Assembly (NCBI GenBank): GCA_964016885.1
Contig: OZ024740.1
Location: 1,178,001-1,242,000 of the forward strand
From: Eledone cirrhosa
Lineage: Eukaryota
DNA length: 64,000 nucleotides
Direction: 5' to 3'
Positions 53,401-64,000 of this stretch are shown piece after piece. The stretch's first letter is position 1. The number at the start of each line of letters is the position of its first letter. The translations under genes and the position numbers were made by a program. The notes beneath the pieces are model-generated. The model saw only the letters and a list, made by a program, of their open reading frames with translations. It had not been told where the DNA came from and did not search any database.

Positions 53401-56400
53401 TCTCTGGAACACCTGTTTCTTTTCCTCGTGTTGCAAAACATGCTTGAATTTCCTATCCTCTACCTTCCTTCTAGCTAAGTATACTTGTCGCCTAGCTTTG
53501 CTCCTGGTCTCTCTGTATGTAATGTGCCCTGTTTTTCCATTCTTTCCATGCCTGTCTCTTAGCCTTAACTGCCTCATCTACCATATTGTTCTACCACCAA
53601 GTCACTCTCCTCATCCATGTATATATCTTTTTATCATCTTTTTCTCAAATATCCACACATAACGACACACAGGCAAATATTATGCATGGATATGTTAACT
53701 GGTAGCTGGAGAGAGAATAATATAGATGATAAAAGTCTATCTTCAGCAACAAGTGCTATATTGTCTCCCATGTTGAAAGATATTATTTTACAATATTAGA
53801 ACTTGAAACTAAGACTAACTGATGTATAGAATAGAAAGACCTAGATGTGAAAAGAAGTGGAAATTGTGCAGATTGAAGATTGAAGATTTGACCGATGTGA
53901 AGAAACTGGAAAGATGTGTCGAAAAGAGTGAAGAATGCAGTCCGTAGGAAAGACATCCCCGAGAGTGAACATTTGAAGCTAGAGCAAGGTTTTAAGAGTT
54001 AGAAAGAGTAGTTGTTGATTGTTCCTGTGAAAAGCAACGAAGTGCAAGCATAACAGACGAGACAAGAATGCAGGCCCAGCAGTCGGAGTTAAGCAGCGAA
54101 GCAGATGCCAATATATTATTAAATATTAGAGAATCAGTTTGTTCTTATTTCATATTTTATTGCGAAATGGTATTGTTGAAAGCTAAAGACAATATAGTGT
54201 TTGTTGAAGATGATCTACTTTGTTTATGTATATTACTTTTTATGCAGAAATAAGGAAACATTTGCACAGTCATCATCATCATACGTTCGCTTTCAAGTGT
54301 GGGACATGTACTATTGGGCACCGCCTCTCTCGGCTTATAACTGGTCGTTGGTCACCACGTTGGTGATCGTTAGACGGGGGTGGTGAGAGCAGACCTCAAA
54401 TCGCTATGTTTTTCCTAGTCTTCCTTTACTGCGTCTTCCTTCTACTGGCATTTCTTGGCACATGTTTCCCCAGCAAACCATCTTATTCTTCTCTCCAGCA
54501 CTCCACAACTCATACCCATTTTCTCTCTCAACTCATCTCTGCTCGATGGTTGACGAACATCTAACGGAGCATGCTTCCTTCATTTCTTTGCCAGCCTTGG
54601 CATATTCTCTGCAATTGCTGGCCATGTCTCACTTCTTCCAACCCATCTTTATTGTAGATACTGTGGCCTCGTAGTAGACTCCTCTCTTTCTAATCTGCTC
54701 ATCTATGTAGCGGAAGGTACGAACCACTTGTATAGAACCCACCTTCATTTGAAAACTGTTTCTATCACTGGTACTTCTACTGTGAAATTTCTCTGTACAG
54801 GTAGTTTTAACTACCTGTGTGCTTGCTATGCCACTACATATGTTGAGTACCCCAGATGTGGTGCATTGCGTATATTCTATAGAATTTATCTGGCTGTCCA
54901 TGACGATCTGGTTCTTATAGCAGTTTTAAACGCATCTGTTACTGACAGCACCTCTGTACAAAGCCTGCACTGCCCTCACAAGACATTCCCCAACACCTAG
55001 TTTGGTTAGGCACCACCAGATGACAGATCATGGTACCCTACCAAAGGACTTGTCTGTCAACAAAATTAATTTAATTGCTAAGATGGATTACATTGCCACC
55101 GGTTATATTTTATATATTTCCTAAGACTCTTTTGATTAAAAAGCTTAATTTTTATTTTTACTGACATTATTAGTTGTAGCTAGGAGGTGGGTTGGCAGTA
55201 TCGGTGGAGGGTCGGACGCCATGCTTTGACGCAAAGAATTACGTCCCTTTACGATCCGAGTCCAAATCCCGTCGAGGTTAACTTTGCCTTTCATCCTTAC
55301 GGGGTGGATAAAATAAAGTACCAGTAATGTACTGGTTAATTGCTGGCCTTGTGCCAAAAGTAGAAACAATTATTAGTTGTAGCTGTAAGTTTAGCTAGAT
55401 TGCCAGCGTTGAAATAGTATATGTCTATGTATGTATACACGTACACATGTTGTTATTATGTATAGTGTTTTTGTGTTTATACGTCTACAAATGTTTATGC
55501 CATATTTCAATTAGGAAAGGGAGTTTACTCTTGTATATTTTAATAAAATTACGAGTTGTTTCCCCTCTTAGAAGGAAATTTAGTTATTTGATAAAACTCA
55601 ATTGTCAAGGCTGGTTGTCTCGGTCAGTGCTAAGTGTCTGGTGATTGTTGCAGTGAAAATCAATGAAGTACAAGCATAACAGACGAGAGAGAAGAATGCA
55701 GGCCCAGCAGTTTGAGTTCGCTGCCAAGCAGATGCCAATATAATATAAAATATTATTGAATCGGATAGTTTATTGATTCCCTGTTTTATTGCAAAAGCGA
55801 ATTCTTTAAAGTGCGAGACTATAGTGTTTGTCGTTGATGTATTTTTATCTATATTACTCTGCGTAAATACTGAATTTATGAGATGCCCGACCCGACATTA
55901 GCCCACAAACAGGCCTTCAACAGTAAAAATTGTCCTTTGTTAAAAAGAAATTTTTTTCTTAATATAATTACGTTTATCTGCTGGATTGGTTATTGACCAT
56001 TTTTGTAGGAGGGGATTTTGTTAGTGGTGCGTTACCTTCGCTGACTTAACTCTGAGAAAGAAAAGCAATTATATTTTTCTTTAACTGTATTTAGCCACTG
56101 AACAATGGGTGTAGCTCCTTGGAGCACTCGGGTGTAATGACTTTGGCTTTAGTGTTCGTGTAGAGCAGTGATACTTTTGTATTCCACAAAAATCTTGATC
56201 AGGCAGTGACGATAGTCAGAATTATAGGCAATTTGCTTTAGCTTCCTCAAATATCTTCATCAGGATGTGACCGTTGGTTGATCTTTATCTCTGAAGCTGT
56301 TGTGGTTGTTTGAGCTTTTTGTCCATGTAGGGCTGGATTCTCTTAAGAATCACACCCTGTTGAGGGTCTTTGCCACAAGTGAGGTCCCCCTGTAGTTGGT

Positions 56401-59400
56401 GTTAGAGAGATCTGCCTTCTTTGGCAGTGGCACGAAGTTACTGATCGTCCACTGGTTCAGGGCAACTCGTTTCTCCAGAACTGAAAATCACAACTCTACA
56501 TGACCTGTAGCCACTCGATTTTCTCCATGGGCCTTGCCCTCCTTTATCTTTTTTTGCTCTCTGAAGCTCCTCTGGCAAAGGGTCCTGTCTCAATATGCAG
56601 TTTTTGTAACGGCCACCTGATCTGCCCAGTGTTCTTGGCTGTGGAGGGCATTTCATAGTTGTCTACTAAAATGGTCTAGACTATAATCTGACATCCGGTT
56701 TTAAATTCTTGTTATTGCCTGCAGGACTATGATAAAAAGGAGAGGGCTAAGAACAGCCCTGCTGTACACCGACCTGCATGCTAAATTCCTCGCTCTAGTC
56801 ATTGATAACTGCTGATTGTTTCTTTATACATGGCTTGTACAGCACTCATAAGCTATTCATCTACAAATTTTCTAAGAGCCCACCAGATTATAGCATGGTG
56901 GACTCTGTCGAAGGCTTTTTCCATTTCGACAAATGCCAGGTAGAGCGGCTTACTTTTAGCTAGGTACTTTTCCTGTAACTGCCTCACAAAGGTGAGGACA
57001 TGGATGGTGCCTTTTCCTGGTACAAAGCCCAATTGCATATCATTTACTTTCACCCTGTTCCTAATCAACTGTGCTCTAACTCTTTGTTACTTTCATGACC
57101 TGGTCCATCAGCTTTATACCTCTAGTTTCCTCTATCTAGTGCATCACTTTTACCTTTGTATCAGTTGACCATGATGCTGCTGCACGAATCGTTTGGTACG
57201 ACGCCCTTTAGTATTACCTAGTTAACAATACGTGTGGTTATGGTCTGATCTACCGACCCAGATGCCTTGAGCATCTCGGCAGCTATACCCGATAGACTGG
57301 TTGCCTTCCCCATCTTCATATCTTTGATTGCCATACTACATTGCTGCTGACTTGTTCTGCTAGCCCCTCTATAGGGTTCACTTTGGGTATGGTATCTTTT
57401 TCCCATACATTCTCCTCATTTAGTAATATTTCATACTGGCTCTTCCACGCATCTTCTCAGCACTTGTGAGTGCAAGCTGACTTTTATCATTCTGGATACA
57501 CTTTTGTCCAATGACATCACAATTCTCTCTGAAACACTGCCTCGTAATCTGGAACAACTGTTTCTGTTCCTCGTGTTGCAAAAGATGCTTGAAATTCCTA
57601 TCTTCTACCTCCCTTCTAGCTAAGTATACTTGTCGCCTAGCTTTGCTCCTGGTCTCTATGTAATGTGCCCTGTTTTTCCATTCTTTCCATGCCTGTCTCT
57701 TAGCCTTAACTGGCTCATCTACCATATTGTTCTACCACCAAGTCACTCTCTTCATCCATGTATATATCTTTTTATCATCTTTTTCTCAAATATCCACACA
57801 TGACGACACACATGCAAATATTATGCATGGATATGTTAACTGGTAGCTGGAGAGAGAATAATATAGATGATAAAAGTCTATCTTCAGCAACAAGTGCTAT
57901 ATTGTCTCCCATGTTGAAAGATATTATTTTACAATATTAGAACTTGAAACTAAGACTAACTGATGTATAGAATAGAAAGACCTAGATGTGAAAAGAAGTG
58001 GAAATTGTGCAGATTGAAGATTGAAGATTTGACCGATGTGAAGAAACTGGAAAGATGTGTCGAAAAGAGTGAAGAATGCAGACCGTAGGAAAGACATCCC
58101 CGAGAGTGAACATTTGAAGCTAGAGCAAGTTTTTAAGAGTTAGAAAGAGTAGTTGTTGATTGTTCCTGTGAAAAGCAATGAAGTGGAAGCATAACAGACA
58201 AGAATGCAGACCCAGCAGTCGGAGTTAAGCAGCGAAGCAGATGCCAATATAATATTAAATATTAGAGAATCAGTTTGTTCTTATTTCATGTTTTATTGTG
58301 ATATCGTATTGTTGGAAGCTAAAGACAATATAGCGTTTGTTGAAGATGATGTATATTACTTTCTATGCAGAAATAAGGAAACATTTACAGTCATCATCAT
58401 ACGTTCGCTCTCAAGTGTGGGACATGTACTATTGAGCACCGCCTCTTTCGGCTTATACCGGTCGTTGTTCACCTCGTTGGTGATCGTTAGCGATTTGAGG
58501 TCTGCTTTCACCACCCGTCTGTTTTTCTTAGTCTTCCTTCTACTGGAATTATTTGGCACATGTTTACCCAGCAAACCATCTTATTCTTCTCTCCTGCACA
58601 TAACTCATACCCATTTTCTCTCTCAACTCATCTCTGCTCGGTCGTCGGAGCATGCTTCCTTCATTTCTTTGCCAGCCTTGGCATATTGTCTGCAATTGCT
58701 GGCCATGTCTCACTTCTTCCAACCCATCCTTATTGTAGATATTATGGCCTCGTAGTAGCCTCCTCTCTTTCTAATCTGCTCATCTGTATAGAACCCACCT
58801 TCATTTGAAAACTGTTTCTATCACTGTCACTTCTAATGTGGAATTTCTCTGTACATGTAGTTTTCACTACCTGTTTGCTTGCTATCCCACTACATATGTT
58901 GAGTACCCCAGATGTGCATTGCATATATTTTATAGATTTTATCCCAATTCCTTTTCAACATAGTGAGCATGTCCCCTTTTCTATGTTTTTATTCTGTCCT
59001 CTTGCTTCCAACTACTGATTCCATAGACAGCATTTCTTCTCTAGCTTCTTTACTGATTCTGCTATAAGAACCAGATCGTCACGGACAGCCAGTTTTAAAC
59101 GCATCTGTTACTGACAGCACCTCTGTACAAAGCCTACACGGCCCTCACCACCTAGTTTGGTTAGGCACCACCAGATGACAGATCATGATACCCTACCAAA
59201 TGAGTTGTCTGTCAAAAAAATTAATTGCTAAGATGGATTACATTGCCACCGGTTATATTTTATATATTTCCTCAGACTCGTTTGATTAAAAAGCTTAATT
59301 TTTTTATTTCTTTTTACTCTGACATTATTAGTTGTAGCTGTGATAAGTTTAGCTAGATTGCTAGCGTTGAAATAGTTGCGCTTTAGTTGTGATGTAGGTG

Positions 59401-60230
59401 TTGCAAGTTCCGGCTGTAAGTCGTGGGGGTGTAGTATATTGTCATGTATGTGTACATATGTCTATGTATGTATACACGTACACATGTTGTTATTGTGTAT
59501 AGTGTTTTTGTGTTTATACGTCTACAAATGTATATGCAATATTTCAATTAGCAAAGGGAGTTTACTCTTGGATATTTTAATAAAATTACGAGTTGTTTCC
59601 CCTCTTAGCAGGAAATTTAGTTTGATAAAACTGAATTGTCAAGGCTGGTTGTCTTGGTCAGTGGTAAGCGTCTGTTGAAGACTAGACATCGAAATTACGA
59701 TATACAAGTACACGCATCCATGAATGGATATGTTGTCAAGTAGCTTGCGAGTGAGAATAATGTAGATAAGCAAAATCTATGAACACTCGCTATATTATCT
59801 CGCACTTTTATGGATATGTTTTTGCAATATAAGAATAGGAAACGAAGAAAAACTAATTCACAGAATACAGTGTGATGCAGGCAAAAGATGTTGAAATTGT
59901 GCCGAATTAAGATTGAAAATTTGACCGATGTGGAGCAGCTGTGGAAAATTTGCATGATGTAGTGAAGAATGCAGTGGGTAGAAAAGACATCCCCGAAAAT
60001 AAACAGAAAGAGTAGTTCCAGTGAAAATCAATGAAGTGCAAGCATAACAGATGAGAGAAGCATGCAGGCCCAGCAGTTGGAGTTCGCTGCTAAGCAGATA
60101 GATGCCAATAGAATCTAAAATATTATGGAATCAGATAGTTTATCGATTCCCTGTTTTATTGCAAAAGCGAATCCTTCAAAGTGCGAGACAATATAGTGTT
60201 TGTTGTTGATGATAATAATATACTTTGTGT
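44460..60230. repeat. Segmental tandem amplification: about 3 copies of a 4-5 kb unit plus partial copies, each with minus-strand RTE fragments
   Basis: Markers recur, e.g. ORF MYISFYH at 48509/53617/57758, ORF MGKRYHTQ ending at 48159/53281/57406, GCAGGCCCAGCAGTT at ~45772/50931/55698/60064. Confidence 0.92.
44463..44650 (+). mobile_element. Nin/Deu-core SINE (also 50083-50272 and 55183-55371; fragments at ~10693 and ~41470)
   Basis: A/B boxes and Nin-like core; matches 38907-39092. Confidence 0.85.
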
Positions 60231-60394
60231 AATAGTCTCTGTTCATAAATAATGAAAAATGTGCACATAGTCGACCCTGACTATACGTTCATATTAGTTG
60301 TGAAGCTTTGCTTGTTTAAAACAGAAAGACGACCATCTTTGATTAAAAATATCATTGTATAAGTTGTGCTTCTAAACACTACATGTAAACATGT

Positions 60395-60594
60395 NNNNNN
60401 NNNNNNNNNNNNNNNNNNNNNNNNNNNNNNNNNNNNNNNNNNNNNNNNNNNNNNNNNNNNNNNNNNNNNNNNNNNNNNNNNNNNNNNNNNNNNNNNNNNN
60501 NNNNNNNNNNNNNNNNNNNNNNNNNNNNNNNNNNNNNNNNNNNNNNNNNNNNNNNNNNNNNNNNNNNNNNNNNNNNNNNNNNNNNNNNNNNNNN
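60395..60594. other. Assembly gap (200 N)
   Basis: Run of N. Confidence 1.
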
Positions 60595-61720
<1,126 letters not shown>

Positions 61721-61726
<6 letters not shown>

Positions 61727-63346
61727 GAATATAGACATAGAATATTCGAAAATATTCTGTATGTTTATAATAAACATTTTGAAGACCTAATCGCTATAGA
61801 ATAGAATACGTCACGTATTACAATTAGATTCTCGATAAAAGCAAGGGAAGTAAGTCTACGCGTTTCATTCTTGTTAGAATTCATCAGGACTACATATCCA
61901 GTGCTTTTATCGAGAATGACACAGCTAGAGACTTATAGAATACTTAGCTGTGTACAGGAACTGGTTTGAAAGAGCGGTTGCCGGTCCGGCAGAAATTAGA
62001 AATTGGAATAAATGCTCTGAAATAGCGATATATATGTGAATATAGACATAGAATATTCGAAAATATTCTGTATGTTTATAATAAACATTTTGAAGACCTA
62101 ATCGCTATAGAATAGAATACGTCACGTATTACAATTAGATTCTCGATAAAAGCAAGGGAAGTAAGTCTACGCGTTTCATTCTTGTTAGAATTCATCAGGA
62201 CTACATATCCAGTGCTTTTATCGAGAATGACACAGCTAGAGACTTATAGAATACTTAGCTGTGTACAGGAACTGGTTTGAAAGAGCGGTTGCCGGTCCGG
62301 CAGAAATTAGAAATTGGAATAAATGCTCTGAAATAGCGATATATATGTGAATATAGACATAGAATATTCGAAAATATTCTGTATGTTTATAATAAACATT
62401 TTGAAGACCTAATCGCTATAGAATAGAATACGTCACGTATTACAATTAGATTCTCGATAAAAGCAAGGGAAGTAAGTCTACGCGTTTCATTCTTGTTAGA
62501 ATTCATCAGGACTACATATCCAGTGCTTTTATCGAGAATGACACAGCTAGAGACTTATAGAATACTTAGCTGTGTACAGGAACTGGTTTGAAAGAGCGGT
62601 TGCCGGTCCGGCAGAAATTAGAAATTGGAATAAATGCTCTGAAATAGCGATATATATGTGAATATAGACATAGAATATTCGAAAATATTCTGTATGTTTA
62701 TAATAAACATTTTGAAGACCTAATCGCTATAGAATAGAATACGTCACGTATTACAATTAGATTCTCGATAAAAGCAAGGGAAGTAAGTCTACGCGTTTCA
62801 TTCTTGTTAGAATTCATCAGGACTACATATCCAGTGCTTTTATCGAGAATGACACAGCTAGAGACTTATAGAATACTTAGCTGTGTACAGGAACTGGTTT
62901 GAAAGAGCGGTTGCCGGTCCGGCAGAAATTAGAAATTGGAATAAATGCTCTGAAATAGCGATATATATGTGAATATAGACATAGAATATTCGAAAATATT
63001 CTGTATGTTTATAATAAACATTTTGAAGACCTAATCGCTATAGAATAGAATACGTCACGTATTACAATTAGATTCTCGATAAAAGCAAGGGAAGTAAGTC
63101 TACGCGTTTCATTCTTGTTAGAATTCATCAGGACTACATATCCAGTGCTTTTATCGAGAATGACACAGCTAGAGACTTATAGAATACTTAGCTGTGTACA
63201 GGAACTGGTTTGAAAGAGCGGTTGCCGGTCCGGCAGAAATTAGAAATTGGAATAAATGCTCTGAAATAGCGATATATATGTGAATATAGACATAGAATAT
63301 TCGAAAATATTCTGTATGTTTATAATAAACATTTTGAAGACCTAAT
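61721..63346 (-). repeat. 311-bp tandem array (5 full units plus a partial), each with a minus-strand hammerhead; retrozyme-like
   Basis: ATAGACATAG at 61731, 62042, 62353, 62664, 62975, 63286; units look identical by eye. Confidence 0.95.
61853..61891 (-). ncRNA. Type I hammerhead ribozyme (array copy 1; others at 62164-62202, 62475-62513, 62786-62824, 63097-63135)
   Basis: Minus strand AGTC-CTGATGA-ATTCT AACA AGAAT-GAAA-CGCG-TA-GACT; helix I extended by a 16-bp stem (61828-61843 / 61902-61917). Confidence 0.9.
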
Positions 63347-64000
63347 TGTAATACGTGACGTATTCTATTCTATAGCGATTAGGTCTTCAAAATGTTTATT
63401 ATAAACATACAGAATATTTTCGAATATTCTATGTCTATATTCACATATATATCGCTATTTCAGAGCATTTCAGAGCAAAATATTCTGTATGTTTATAATA
63501 AACATTTTGAAGACCTAATTGTAATACGTGACGTATTCTATTCTATAGCGATTAGGTCTTCAAAATGTTTATTATAAACATACAGAATATTTTCGAATAT
63601 TCTATGTCTATATTCACATATATATCGCTATTTCAGAGCATTTATTCCAATTTCTAATTTCTGCCGGACCGGCAACCGCTCTTTCAAACCAGTTCCTGTA
63701 CACAGCTAAGTATTCTATAAGTCTCTAGCTGTGTCATTCTCGATAAAAGCACTGGATATGTAGTCCTGATGAATTCTAACAAGAATGAAACGCGTAGACT
63801 TACTTCCCTTGCTTTTATCGAGAATCTAATTGTAATACGTGACGTATTCTATTCTATAGCGATTAGGTCTTCAAAATGTTTATTATAAACATACAGAATA
63901 TTTTCGAATATTCTATGTCTATATTCACATATATATCGCTATTTCAGAGCATTTATTCCAATTTCTAATTTCTGCCGGACCGGCAACCGCTCTTTCAAAC
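63342..64000 (+). repeat. Inverted arm of the 311-bp array (with a short forward re-entry at 63478-63519)
   Basis: Reverse complement of the unit; both forward-to-inverted junctions fall at a CTAAT microhomology. Confidence 0.9.
63762..63800 (+). ncRNA. Type I hammerhead ribozyme (plus-strand copy in the inverted arm)
   Basis: AGTCCTGATGAATTCTAACAAGAATGAAACGCGTAGACT; predicted cleavage after A63796. Confidence 0.9.

Noticed and set aside
58204-58755. 183-aa ORF
   Set aside because: Mostly antisense to an RTE fragment and broken in the paralogous copies

Overview
AT-rich, repeat-saturated animal genomic DNA. The (TA)n/(TACA)n microsatellite load, the Nin/Deu-core and V/Meta-core tRNA SINEs and the abundant RTE LINEs suggest a cephalopod such as Octopus (inference). 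I see no intact host protein-coding gene, and the long Y/I/H/V/C/M ORFs in the track are microsatellite artefacts. The window is a mosaic of decayed transposons (RTE, CRE-like, R4/Dong-like, Tx1/L1-like, Gypsy, Merlin, pogo/Tigger, Helitrons), SINEs, a ~5-kb segmental tandem triplication (44.5-60.2 kb) and a 200-N gap. The standout signal is a set of type I hammerhead ribozymes (HHRs) read directly from the sequence. (i) A 311-bp, highly structured tandem array at 61.7-64.0 kb has one HHR per unit and folds back into an inverted arm; it looks like a non-LTR retrozyme / circRNA-producing array. (ii) A second, 208-bp HHR tandem unit lies at 29.3-29.6 kb. (iii) Further dissimilar HHRs lie at 29.9, 32.3 and 43.1 kb, plus several degenerate ones. 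All structures were derived by eye; no folding program or database search was run.
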